DNA of 64,000 nt from Methanofastidiosum sp. (GCA_035362715.1 DAOSDU010000005.1:19338-83337); one strand, 5' to 3'; numbered from the stretch's first letter, positions 54,921 to 64,000 are shown. The notes: generated by a model not told the origin, from the letters alone. Made by a program: numbers and translations.

Positions 54921-56159
54921 ATGACTTCCCTTGAAAAAATAGTTCATCTTGCAACTCAAAGCGAGTATGATTGTATCGGGGATGAGGGAAAAATATTTGA
55001 GAATATTGATTTGTCAAAAATAGATGCCTTGGGCCAAGGAACTAAACACGATATTTGTACCTCTTCGTCAACTAGGAGAGTTGTTGACCAAAATGAAGTT
55101 TTGGGTGATGTAACAAGGTCAGGAATTTGTCATTCTTTTACTGCAAATGGTCGTTGTGTTTCTATGTTCAAAACACTATTCACAAACTACTGCACCCATG
55201 ACTGCAAATACTGCCAAAATTCAACAGATTACAAAGGCCCTAAAAGCATTTACTCGTATACTCCAGAAGAGTTAGCAAGGATAACAATCTCACTATACAA
55301 GGGAAATTACATAGAAGGGCTTTTTTTAAGTTCTGGTGTTAGTTCAGATGAGGATCTTATTACGGAAAAAATGATAGAGACTCTAAAAATTTTAAATGAC
55401 AAATATAGTTTTGCCGGTTACGTCCACTTTAAGGTCTTGCCTGGGGTGTCCTATGAATATATCAAGCAAGCATCCGAGATGGCCGATAGATTAAGCGTAA
55501 ATATTGAAACTCCCTCTAAGAATTATCTTTCAGAATTAAGTAGTACCAAAAATTATGTGAATGATATCTTAAAGAGGCAGCATTACATCAAAAAATTGGA
55601 ATTAAAAAAAGAATTGCCCGCCGGCCAGACAACTCAACTAGTTGTAGGCGCTTGTGGGGAAAGTGATTTTGATATATTCAAAAGGACCCTTAAAGAATAT
55701 AAAGAAATGATGTTAAAAAGAGTATATTATTCAGTTTTTAATCCCATCACCGCAACATCTTTAGAAGGATTATCTGCACAGCCAACATGGCGGGAACACA
55801 GATTGTATCAGATGGATTGGTTATATAGAGTGTACAAATTTTCTGAAAATGAAATTAAAATAGCCTTTGATGAAGAGGGATTTCTAAATAATAAAGATCC
55901 AAAACTTTTCATTGCATTGAATACTCTCGATTCCTCCATTGATCCAAATGATGCATCATATGATGAACTCTTGAGAGTTCCAGGGATAGGGCCAAAAAGC
56001 GCTTATAGAATTGTGAATTACAGGAAAAAGAACAAAATTTACAAAAGAGAGCAGCTTCTAAACTTAGGAGTACGAGTAAAAAATGCCACGCCTTTTTTGA
56101 AAATAAATGGCGGAGAATATTCTAGATTGGACCGGTGGGTTGGATGTCAGACTCAATAA
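54921..56159 (+). CDS. Putative DNA modification/repair radical SAM protein (TIGR03916-like) with C-terminal helix-hairpin-helix
   Basis: CTHDCKYCQN is the CxxxCxxC cluster. LLRVPGIGPKSAYRIV is the C-terminal HhH. The N-terminal region of scattered Cys is typical of this family. Confidence 0.8.
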   Translation: MTSLEKIVHLATQSEYDCIGDEGKIFENIDLSKIDALGQGTKHDICTSSSTRRVVDQNEVLGDVTRSGICHSFTANGRCVSMFKTLFTNYCTHDCKYCQNSTDYKGPKSIYSYTPEELARITISLYKGNYIEGLFLSSGVSSDEDLITEKMIETLKILNDKYSFAGYVHFKVLPGVSYEYIKQASEMADRLSVNIETPSKNYLSELSSTKNYVNDILKRQHYIKKLELKKELPAGQTTQLVVGACGESDFDIFKRTLKEYKEMMLKRVYYSVFNPITATSLEGLSAQPTWREHRLYQMDWLYRVYKFSENEIKIAFDEEGFLNNKDPKLFIALNTLDSSIDPNDASYDELLRVPGIGPKSAYRIVNYRKKNKIYKREQLLNLGVRVKNATPFLKINGGEYSRLDRWVGCQTQ

Positions 56160-56743
56160 GTGTATCAGAATATCTTTTAATGAATAAGAATGTTCCAACA
56201 ATTCTTTTAGAAATATCAACAAAAATATCTTGGCATGACTTGAACACTTCAGCAGATTCTGAAATAGTAAAGATTAGAAGAAAAGTTGGGGAAGTTAGAT
56301 CAGAGATACATCGAATGAGGGGATTTGTTAGATTCAATTCAATTAATGATAAGATACTTTTTGGTTATATGAAGCCTGAACATAAAATAGGAAGGTTAGT
56401 TACAGATATTTTTGCTAGAAGATTTCAAAAGAATTTGATTATCCTAGGCAATGATCATAGAGTTTGGGCATCTTATTATTCGGATAATTTCTACAAAAGA
56501 TATGAAGATTCAAGGAGTCTAGATGAAATAATAGAGAAAGTAAAGTTATTAATAGGGTCAGACGAGGAAGTTGACATAGAAAAAATATGGCAAGTCTACT
56601 ACGAATCCCAATATATAAAAGAAAGAGAAAATCACAAACTCTTCTATAAAAACATGCCAAAAAAACATCTTAAATCGACGGGGAACAACATAGAACTAAG
56701 GTTAAACACTAAGACTTTGGACGAGTATATATCTTCTGATTAA
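56135..56743 (+). CDS. DUF4130 / TIGR03915-like probable DNA-metabolism protein, partner of the radical SAM enzyme
   Basis: RMRGFVRF, LFGYMKPEHKI and the tail FYKNMPKKHL are typical of the family. It overlaps the upstream gene by 25 nt, or by 16 nt if the ATG at 56144 is used. Confidence 0.7.
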   Translation: MGWMSDSISVSEYLLMNKNVPTILLEISTKISWHDLNTSADSEIVKIRRKVGEVRSEIHRMRGFVRFNSINDKILFGYMKPEHKIGRLVTDIFARRFQKNLIILGNDHRVWASYYSDNFYKRYEDSRSLDEIIEKVKLLIGSDEEVDIEKIWQVYYESQYIKERENHKLFYKNMPKKHLKSTGNNIELRLNTKTLDEYISSD

Positions 56744-56759
56744 TAGAAAATAAATAAAA

Positions 56760-57398
56760 TTAAGATTTTAGAATCTTAAAAATGTCTTTTGTGACTTGAC
56801 CGATATTCTTACTACCGTCTACATTTTTTATTTTTTCTTTGTAATAAGATATCAAAGGCGCAGTTTGCTTTCTGTAAACATCAAGTCTATTTCTTATCAC
56901 TTCTTCTTTATCATCATCTCTTTGATGAAGCTTTCCTCCACACGTGTCACATGACATCTCTTTCTTAGGTTTCTTGAAAAGTAAATTATAGACTTCTCCA
57001 CAGTTTGGACATGATAATCTCTTTGAGATTCTATTGATTATATCTTCATCTTTGACATCAATATTTACAATATAGTCCAAGGACATATCCATTTGATCTA
57101 ACAAATCATCTAAAGCTTCAGCCTGAGCTATGGTTCTTGGAAATCCATCAAGCAAAAATCCTTTTGTACAGTCATCTTCTAAAAATCTTTCTTTCATCAT
57201 GCTAATAATGATTTCATCCGGAACAAGGCATCCGGAATCCATATATTCTTTTGCATTTCTACCTACATCTGTTCCTCTTTTGACATTATCTCTAAGTATA
57301 TCTCCAGTAGATATATGAGGTATATCAAAATCCTTAGAAATAATGTCGGCCTGGGTTCCTTTTCCGCAACCTGGCGGACCTAAAAGAATTATTCTCAT
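56760..57398 (-). CDS. adk: Adenylate kinase (long form with Zn-binding lid)
   Basis: MRIILLGPPGCGKGTQ and HISTGDILR. The lid carries CPNCGEVYN...CDTCGG. Confidence 0.93.
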   Translation of the reverse strand: MRIILLGPPGCGKGTQADIISKDFDIPHISTGDILRDNVKRGTDVGRNAKEYMDSGCLVPDEIIISMMKERFLEDDCTKGFLLDGFPRTIAQAEALDDLLDQMDMSLDYIVNIDVKDEDIINRISKRLSCPNCGEVYNLLFKKPKKEMSCDTCGGKLHQRDDDKEEVIRNRLDVYRKQTAPLISYYKEKIKNVDGSKNIGQVTKDIFKILKS

Positions 57399-57438
57399 AA
57401 AAACACCAATTTAAAGACTCTGGTAAATGCTTTTAAAT

Positions 57439-58272
57439 TTATTCATTAGATAGAGGATGTGCTTTATCATAAACTTTCTTTCTTCTTTCATCTGTTACAT
57501 GGGTATAAATCTGAGTAGTAGACAAATTGGAATGCCCAAGAAGTTCCTTTATCACTACTATATCCGCATCGCCCTCTAGCATGTGAGTTGCAAATGAATG
57601 CCTCAATACATGCGGCGTAACTTTTTTTTCAATTCCCGCCTCTTTAGAGTATTTCTTTATCAACCATTGAATTGTCCTTGCAGATATTCTTTCATTATGA
57701 TTGCTCAAAAAAAGAGCTTCGTTTGTATCGTTTCTCTCTAATATATAACGATCTAACATTTCTCTAGTTTTAGAATCTACAAATACGATCCTATCTTTAG
57801 ATCCTTTACCAGATACAACATGGATTGATTCAGTTTTTATATCATTTTTATTAAGTTTAACTAACTCTGACACCCTTAAACCAGTAGAATACAACAATCG
57901 GATTAAGCATTTATCACGTAATTTACCAGGCTCCTCGAGAAGAATTTTAATTTCCTCTTTAGTTAAAAATTTGGGCAAAGGTTTGGACAGTTTTGGCAGC
58001 ATTACTTTGTCTGCAATGTCAATATTTTGGTATCTAAAATAAGAACGCAATGCGTTGAGATGCCTATGAATTGTTCTATTAGTCGCATTTTTTTCATTTT
58101 TTAGATGGATCATATAACGTTTAATGTCCAATTCAGAAACTGATTCGGGATTTTTATTCGTGAAATCGAAAAAATTGGACAAAGTGTAACCATAATTTCT
58201 AATTGTATTTTTAGATTGACCTCGAAGCTCTAGCTCCATCAGATAGTCTTCAAACATAAATACAGTAAGCAT
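57439..58272 (-). CDS. xerA: Tyrosine recombinase, XerA/XerC/XerD-like
   Basis: The N-terminal SAM-like core-binding domain is present. The catalytic residues are in GLRVSEL, HVLRHSFATHML and GHSNLSTTQIYTH. Confidence 0.88.
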   Translation of the reverse strand: MLTVFMFEDYLMELELRGQSKNTIRNYGYTLSNFFDFTNKNPESVSELDIKRYMIHLKNEKNATNRTIHRHLNALRSYFRYQNIDIADKVMLPKLSKPLPKFLTKEEIKILLEEPGKLRDKCLIRLLYSTGLRVSELVKLNKNDIKTESIHVVSGKGSKDRIVFVDSKTREMLDRYILERNDTNEALFLSNHNERISARTIQWLIKKYSKEAGIEKKVTPHVLRHSFATHMLEGDADIVVIKELLGHSNLSTTQIYTHVTDERRKKVYDKAHPLSNE

Positions 58273-58339
58273 TTAGATATATATAAATTTTGCGCATAAT
58301 TTATTAAAGATTTATATACTCGTTATCATACCTCATCTT

Positions 58340-59194
58340 ATGCTAATCCCCTATCTCGCCCTAGGTGGCAGAATTATTCTATTAGGGTGGGAAAGAATTC
58401 TAGTAAAAAAACTTGGAGAAAAATCAGATAGTATTAGTGGTACTTTTCTATTTTTTGGTTTGGGAACAATATTTTTACTTCCTGCACTTTTTTTTGTAGA
58501 TATTGTACTTAATACTTCAATCTTATTTTATGTTACTTTGAGTAGTTTTGTTTATTCGATTGCATTTTGGCTATATGTTAAATCATTATCAGAGGGCGAA
58601 GCCTCTTTAGTAAGCCCACTATACAATTTCAATGTATTCTTCCTATTGATATTGGCAGTGACTTTTCTAGGCGAGAAATTATCTCTTTTCAAAGTACTTG
58701 GATTATTATTCTTATTTTATGGCGTTTCATTTCTAAACAGAAAAAGAAATATTATAGAATCATTTAAAGCAATTCTTCTAGACAAATCATGCCAATACAT
58801 GATAATTGCATCACTTTTAATTGCGGTTGGTAGAACAATTGATGGTAATGCGATAAAAATTACACCCCCGATACTCTATGCGTTTTACCTCAATTTAGGC
58901 ATATCTCTTTTCTTGCTTGTACATATTATAGCTAAAAGAAATTTATCAACTACAATTAAATTATTTAAAGAAAAAACTAAAATTGCAACTTTAAGTGGAG
59001 GATTAAATGCATATTCATACTTATTCTTATTAATTGCTTTTACAGGCATTGAAGTTAGTATTGCTGAGCCCGCTTCAATGACTGCTATGATTATCACAGT
59101 TATTTTGGCAGGGAAAATACTAAAAGAGAATATAAAAGAAAGGTTGCTAGGCGTTGCCATAATGCTTATTGGCCTATGGCTATTATTTATTTAA
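58340..59194 (+). CDS. EamA/DMT-superfamily transporter
   Basis: 284 aa with about 10 TM helices arranged as two similar halves. Confidence 0.7.
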   Translation: MLIPYLALGGRIILLGWERILVKKLGEKSDSISGTFLFFGLGTIFLLPALFFVDIVLNTSILFYVTLSSFVYSIAFWLYVKSLSEGEASLVSPLYNFNVFFLLILAVTFLGEKLSLFKVLGLLFLFYGVSFLNRKRNIIESFKAILLDKSCQYMIIASLLIAVGRTIDGNAIKITPPILYAFYLNLGISLFLLVHIIAKRNLSTTIKLFKEKTKIATLSGGLNAYSYLFLLIAFTGIEVSIAEPASMTAMIITVILAGKILKENIKERLLGVAIMLIGLWLLFI

Positions 59195-59202
59195 TAAAGA
59201 TA

Positions 59203-59925
59203 TCACACCGCCCTTTCCAAAGTAATAACAAAAGTTGTTCCTTGGGGTAAACTATCCTGAACTCTAATATTTCCCCCATATAGTTCTATAAATTTTTTTG
59301 CTATGAATAATCCAATTCCTGCGCCCCTAGTCTCAGCATGACTAAATCCTGCATCAAATAGCTTTTCTCTTAACTCCAAAGGAATTCCTATTCCGTAATC
59401 TGAAATAATAATCTCGCAACTTTTTTCATTAGTTACCAAATTGAAATCAATCCGATCTGTATTCCCGTGCTTAATAGCATTTCTAACTAGATTTCCAATA
59501 ACTAAAGTGATTGCTTGGCTAGCTAATACTTGACAGTCTCCGCTTATTGAATAATTTATTTTATAAGAAGGCATTACAGAGTCTATTATCTCTCTAATAT
59601 TTATAGGACGAGGTTCAGGCCCAAATTCAATTAGGGGTTCAAGTTCCTTCATCTGTTTAATTAAATCAACTCCTCGATGAATACCTTTGAATGCACTATT
59701 AATATATTTTTCATCTTTTTTCTTTTCATAAATTTCTAAAGCCATACTTGCAGTGGCTAAATGGTTGAGAATATCATGGCGTAGTGTTTTATTGGTCACT
59801 TTCAAAATTTCGTGTAATTCTTCTATTCTTTTATTCGATTTTAAATTATTCTGTTTTTCTTTTTGCAACTCCATAGATAAGCGGATTATCTCTTCATTTG
59901 GATTCTGATTAGGAATTGTATCCAT
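59203..59925 (-). CDS. Cytoplasmic histidine kinase with archaeal-type H-box (LRHDILNHL) + HATPase
   Basis: TLRHDILNHLA, LVRNAIKHG, DYGIGIP and GAGIGLFIA. No sensor domain or TM helix is apparent. Confidence 0.85.
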   Translation of the reverse strand: MDTIPNQNPNEEIIRLSMELQKEKQNNLKSNKRIEELHEILKVTNKTLRHDILNHLATASMALEIYEKKKDEKYINSAFKGIHRGVDLIKQMKELEPLIEFGPEPRPINIREIIDSVMPSYKINYSISGDCQVLASQAITLVIGNLVRNAIKHGNTDRIDFNLVTNEKSCEIIISDYGIGIPLELREKLFDAGFSHAETRGAGIGLFIAKKFIELYGGNIRVQDSLPQGTTFVITLERAV

Positions 59926-60133
59926 GATCTTAGTTCCCCCGATAAGAAAATTATACTAGATTCATTAAATTACTATATAAATATTCCTTATATGTTTATA
60001 ATTTTCCTAAATAGAATTTAGATAAGCTAAAAAAGAGAATAAATGATTATTTCAATAAGATTTAAAACATGATTTATTAATCTTCATTATATAAAGAATA
60101 GACTATTACAAGTATACATTTGGAGGCTAAGGT

Positions 60134-61720
60134 GTGGCAAAGAAAAAAAAAGTTCCCGTATCCTTTTGGGAAGACCAACTTGTAAAGGAGAAACAAGAAA
60201 ATAAAGATCCGGAGAAAGTAAAATTCATAAGAAATGTACTTATTTCTGAATATACATCCCTTTATGAGAAATATTTGAATAAAGGAAATTATAAAAAAAC
60301 AAATGAAATTAATGATAAGATTCATGAATTAAAGAAAGAAATAGATATTATTTCAAAAGAGGAAGTAGTTTGGCTATTTGAAAAAAAGGCCCTTGATTAT
60401 TTACAGAATTCTTCTTATGATGAGGCAATTTCATATTTCAAAATAGCATTAGAAAAATCATTAAATATTCCCACGATTAAACCAGAAGAAATAAAAAATA
60501 TAAAAGAAAGTTTAAAAAAATCCTATTTTGAAAAAGGATCTTCAAGCTTAAATCAGAATAAATTTGATGATGCGATAGTTTCGTTTAAAAAAATCTTAGA
60601 TTTTTGTGTGGAAAATAGTGGCAAAAAATCTGAGGAAACTAAAGAAGCTCTAAACAATTTAATAATGTGCTACAATCAAAAGGGAGAATATTTCGCTAAA
60701 CGGGACAGATTTGAAGATGCGATCAATGCCATAGATAAAGCGATAGAAATTACTAATGATATGGGCATTGAAACAGAGACTGCAAAATCTGCAAAAAAAA
60801 ATATAGCAAAAATACTAACTTTATTTGCTTTTAATCAAATAGATAAAGGGCTTTATGATTTAGCCATATCTAATCTAAAAAAAATTTTGGACATGACACT
60901 GCAAATATACGGAAATGATTCAGAAGACTACATTGAATCAAAAAATAATCTGATTAGAGGATACAATACAAAAGGTAAAAATTTTCTTGAAAAGAGCAGA
61001 TATGATGATGCAATTTCAACATTTGAAAAATCTCTAGAACTGGCAAAAGAGGATAAGGGCCATTCTAGTAGATACATAAACGATTCGATTGATGGAATAA
61101 TTAAATCGTACTACCAAAAATCATGTGCATATGAAGAATATGACAAATATGAAGAAGCTATCCTCAATTTAGAAAAAGCATTGAAGATAGCATCGAAACA
61201 TCAAGTTAACAAAATAAGAATTAGTTATGTCACAGATAAACTGTTTTTAATATTAAAAACTCAATATGAAGCAGCTTCTAAAAATTATAATTCTCAGAAA
61301 ATGAAGGAAATACTTGACATCGCTTTAAGTCTTATAAGAAGTGGATATAACTCTATTAATTTTGATGAAAACACTATAAGAACATATTTTGAAAGAATAA
61401 GAAATCAAAGAACAGAAGAAGGTCACAAGAAGTCTTATGAAAAATATCAAGAGTATACAAGAGAAGAGAAGAAAGAGAAACATGAAAAGAAAAAAAGCGT
61501 AATTGATGAAATATCAATTAAAGAGCTAGTTATCAAATTTGAATTGGACGATAATGGAACCATAACCAAAGAATTGATAAAAGAACAGTATAGGTATTGG
61601 GTTGATCTTCTACACCCCGATAAAAATCTAAATAAAAGTGACGCAACTATAAAAAAGGCGGAAGAAAAACTAAAAGAGATAAATACAATCTATAAAAAGT
61701 TGATTGAACATTTTCCTTAG
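60134..61720 (+). CDS. TPR-repeat protein with C-terminal J-domain (HPD motif)
   Basis: Repeated Y(D/E)(D/E)AI..(F/L)(E/K)K(A/S)L TPR-like units run through the protein. The C-terminus EQYRYWVDLLHPDKN...AEEKLKEINTIYKKL matches DnaJ J-domain helices II and III. Confidence 0.7.
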   Translation: MAKKKKVPVSFWEDQLVKEKQENKDPEKVKFIRNVLISEYTSLYEKYLNKGNYKKTNEINDKIHELKKEIDIISKEEVVWLFEKKALDYLQNSSYDEAISYFKIALEKSLNIPTIKPEEIKNIKESLKKSYFEKGSSSLNQNKFDDAIVSFKKILDFCVENSGKKSEETKEALNNLIMCYNQKGEYFAKRDRFEDAINAIDKAIEITNDMGIETETAKSAKKNIAKILTLFAFNQIDKGLYDLAISNLKKILDMTLQIYGNDSEDYIESKNNLIRGYNTKGKNFLEKSRYDDAISTFEKSLELAKEDKGHSSRYINDSIDGIIKSYYQKSCAYEEYDKYEEAILNLEKALKIASKHQVNKIRISYVTDKLFLILKTQYEAASKNYNSQKMKEILDIALSLIRSGYNSINFDENTIRTYFERIRNQRTEEGHKKSYEKYQEYTREEKKEKHEKKKSVIDEISIKELVIKFELDDNGTITKELIKEQYRYWVDLLHPDKNLNKSDATIKKAEEKLKEINTIYKKLIEHFP

Positions 61721-61734
61721 ACTATATAAGGCCA

Positions 61735-62103
61735 TCAGATTACTTTCCCTATCTCTTCAGCAGCCCTTTTCATGTCTAGGAAAACTAATCCCAATTTCGC
61801 ATCTTTTCTAGCTAAAGCAGTGAGAACTGCTTCTTCACCTGCGCCCATGAGAAGTATATACCCATTCTGCCCTTTGACAAAAACTTCTTCAAGACTTCCT
61901 TTCATGAGCTCTTTTGAAGTTCTTTCACCTAGCGAAAGCATAGCTGCAGACATTGCAGCGACACGGTCTTCTTCAACATCATGAGGTAAAGCACTAGCTA
62001 TTACCAATCCATCTGTTGAAACTATAGCTGATGCTTCTATATCGGGAGATGCCCCACTTAGATCTTTTAACATTTCAGTTAATTTTTCTATTCGACTGGC
62101 CAT
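61735..62103 (-). CDS. Roadblock/LC7 (MglB-like) domain protein
   Basis: 122 aa. ASAIVSTDGLVIAS, AAMSAAMLSLGE and LARKDAKLGLVFLDMK are typical of the Robl/LC7 family. Confidence 0.88.
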   Translation of the reverse strand: MASRIEKLTEMLKDLSGASPDIEASAIVSTDGLVIASALPHDVEEDRVAAMSAAMLSLGERTSKELMKGSLEEVFVKGQNGYILLMGAGEEAVLTALARKDAKLGLVFLDMKRAAEEIGKVI

Positions 62104-62120
62104 TAGATCACATCTTTATA

Positions 62121-62609
62121 TCAATCTTTAAATTTTTCAAATGAAACTAAACAAGGAGTTTCTTTGTTAAATTCAAATTTATACATATATTTTAGAGATT
62201 CACCTTCTTTGTTGAATTCCATTGCCCCAAGTAATGTTATAGCCCTAAGACATGCTATTTCTTTTCCCTCGTCAATTAGTCTCGTGCAGTGAGATTTGTA
62301 TGGGCAATTAATTGCTTTAAAAGTAAAATTATTGTCGTCGCCTGCCATTTCAAAATCAGCACTATTAAAAAATTCTGCTTTGACAAGTGCTTCAATAAAC
62401 ATTTTTGCAGTATTGTATGGGCTAAGCCCTTTTTGGAATTCCATGCCAAGGTCTTTCCAAGATTCGATAAATGGCTTAATAGCTATGGTCCCCCATCTCC
62501 TGTAAAAAAGTTTTGGTTTATCAAAGAATATATTTGCGGTATTTTCAACTCCGTAAAGCCAAGCATTCATAATAGTGCTTGTATATTTCAATTTAACATT
62601 GATGTCCAT
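62121..62609 (-). CDS. Uncharacterised 162-aa protein with four conserved Cys (possible V4R-like), copy 2
   Basis: Same length as 47966-48454, with 118 of 162 identical positions by my hand alignment. It lies 17 nt upstream of the Roadblock gene on the same strand. Confidence 0.7.
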   Translation of the reverse strand: MDINVKLKYTSTIMNAWLYGVENTANIFFDKPKLFYRRWGTIAIKPFIESWKDLGMEFQKGLSPYNTAKMFIEALVKAEFFNSADFEMAGDDNNFTFKAINCPYKSHCTRLIDEGKEIACLRAITLLGAMEFNKEGESLKYMYKFEFNKETPCLVSFEKFKD

Positions 62610-62766
62610 TTAATTCACCTTTGAGAATTTAGCAATTTAAATTCAATTCACATTTGAACTTATGATATTTAAAGTTTTCCTTGGATTAAATTTAAAAAAA
62701 TTAAGATTTATTTAACATGAAAATAAAATTAGAAATAATACAATTTGAATCTTAATAAAGGTAAAT

Positions 62767-63774
62767 TTATTTTAGAACGCCAAATTTACAGGTATCAATG
62801 CATTTTTTGCATCGTATACATTCAGATTGATCGACAATCCCTTTTGTAATTGCTTCTGTTTCGCACACTCTATCACAAAGTGTACAGTTCTTGCAACCGT
62901 TCTTCGCTTTTATTTTGTATATCGAGAATTTGGAAAATATAGCTAATACGGCCCCATATGGACAAATATATCTACAAAATGGCCTTGAGATTAGTAGTGA
63001 TGCTCCAGAGACGATAGCTATGGAAATTATCCCATATAATGTAAAATTAAATGAGAACAGGTAAGAAAATGGATCAATTTTTTGGAAAAAAGGATACTTG
63101 GTAGACACGACTATCGCCACGATTATTAAAGCAAAAAAATATTTGAAATATTTTAGAACTTTGTCTAATTTTTGTGGCATTCTGAATTTTGTTAATTTGT
63201 TACCTATTTCTGCCAAAAGCTGTTGCCAAGCGCCGATAGGGCAGGCATATCCACAAAATACTCTACCAAATACAACGGAGAATCCTATTGGCAATATGAA
63301 TAATAAAGACCAGTAAATATAATTACCTCTTGTAGCCCCTATTAAATACAAAGCAAGTTGTTGTAAAGACCCCACTACACAAAGGCATCCGCCACGAATA
63401 AATCCAAGATATATTAAAGATATAGCCAATGCCAAATATCTTATTTCTTTTCTTCTTAATTTGAAAAAATAGAGCGTGCCTAATAACATTAACCCAAATG
63501 TGACTAAAAGATCTTCTTTCAATATTTTTTCTAGATGATTTATTGGTTCTAATTCGTCATTAAAATGACCAGAATTTATTATAGTACTATCGCCATATAT
63601 TTTTTTATTGGATTCTATAAATAATGCCTCGGCCTGTTCCTTTACCAGGCTATTGGTAATACCATATGGCCTTAGGCTCTCTATTCTTGTTTTAGGTGAA
63701 ACATTAATTTTTAATCTATCCATCAGTTCTTTGGTATCAATAGAATAAGCATTAGCAACTTCTTCGATAGACAT
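62767..63774 (-). CDS. Membrane polyferredoxin-type 4Fe-4S-binding protein (NapH/YccM-like)
   Basis: TM helices carry CGYACPIGAWQ and CRYICPYGA. The C-terminus has CKNCTLCDRVC and CIRCKKCIDTC. The same frame stays open upstream of the ATG at 63774 all the way to position 64000, so the true start may lie outside the window. Confidence 0.75.
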   Translation of the reverse strand: MSIEEVANAYSIDTKELMDRLKINVSPKTRIESLRPYGITNSLVKEQAEALFIESNKKIYGDSTIINSGHFNDELEPINHLEKILKEDLLVTFGLMLLGTLYFFKLRRKEIRYLALAISLIYLGFIRGGCLCVVGSLQQLALYLIGATRGNYIYWSLLFILPIGFSVVFGRVFCGYACPIGAWQQLLAEIGNKLTKFRMPQKLDKVLKYFKYFFALIIVAIVVSTKYPFFQKIDPFSYLFSFNFTLYGIISIAIVSGASLLISRPFCRYICPYGAVLAIFSKFSIYKIKAKNGCKNCTLCDRVCETEAITKGIVDQSECIRCKKCIDTCKFGVLK

Positions 63775-64000
63775 AGTTTTAATTACATTACCTTTGATCT
63801 CGGGAAGAGTTACATCTTGTGGGATTATTAAAGATTTATTTTGAATTGTGCCCGGGGTCGGCTCTGATCTATCACATACTATATTATTATTAGTATCAAC
63901 ATATTTCCCACAATCGCCAGGATAAACGCAATTAGAATCTGTTTCCCCAAATGGGCAATCATCCCACGAATAGACAAAATTAAGATCAATAATAATAAAT

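Noticed and set aside
57439-58272. The tyrosine recombinase as a marker of an integrated mobile element.
   Set aside because: It has the full XerA/XerC/XerD-like layout. It is flanked by housekeeping genes (adk, a DMT transporter). I saw no tRNA target, no flanking direct repeats and no cargo genes. A chromosomal dimer-resolution recombinase is the simpler reading.
1-64000. Looked for CRISPR arrays, rRNA and tRNA genes, transposases, integrases with flanking repeats, and phage genes.
   Set aside because: I saw no regularly spaced direct repeats. No GC-rich structured islands of tRNA or rRNA size stand out from the AT-rich background. No DDE or HUH transposase-like ORFs are present. This was a scan by eye, so a short non-canonical RNA could have been missed.

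Overview
This is an AT-rich, gene-dense chromosomal segment with about 75 ORFs I can support. I read it as archaeal. It encodes an AglB/STT3 oligosaccharyltransferase with the WWDYG motif (14995-17103), isopentenyl phosphate kinase (54047-54829), a XerA-like tyrosine recombinase, a Roadblock/LC7 protein, and histidine kinases with the archaeal-style RHDILN H-box. The lineage cannot be fixed without a database search. A TACK/Asgard-like or methanogen-like genome would fit, but that is inference only.

I saw no rRNA, tRNA, CRISPR array, transposase or prophage signature. The content is mostly sensing and envelope functions:
- Eight two-component proteins. One is a tightly packed five-gene minus-strand signalling operon at 40034-48454, annotated as seven ORFs because two of its kinase genes are split.
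- Two separate processive GT2 polysaccharide-synthase modules (6027-8443 and 34979-38691). The first sits directly behind a hybrid kinase and a Zn-ribbon response regulator.
- Several secreted proteins, including extremely cysteine-rich ones.
- Many small housekeeping or stress genes: adk, cyclophilin, USP, YjbQ, VOC, cupin, nitroreductase, MFS and EamA.

Observations most worth follow-up:
- A 162-aa protein with four conserved cysteines is present in two copies about 73% identical (47966-48454 and 62121-62609). One copy heads the kinase operon and the other is paired with Roadblock/LC7.
- An apparent REC-PAS-kinase, REC-Zn-ribbon, GT2, orphan-protein operon.
- A fusion of a triple PTP-like phosphatase region to a polyprenol-kinase-like membrane domain.
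- An archaeal copy of the radical-SAM/DUF4130 putative DNA-modification pair.
- A TPR plus C-terminal J-domain protein.
- Three single-base frameshifts that split otherwise intact genes. Two of them lie in the same kinase operon.
- Four short ORFs missing from the supplied track.

All family assignments come from motif recognition by eye. None has been confirmed by a search.
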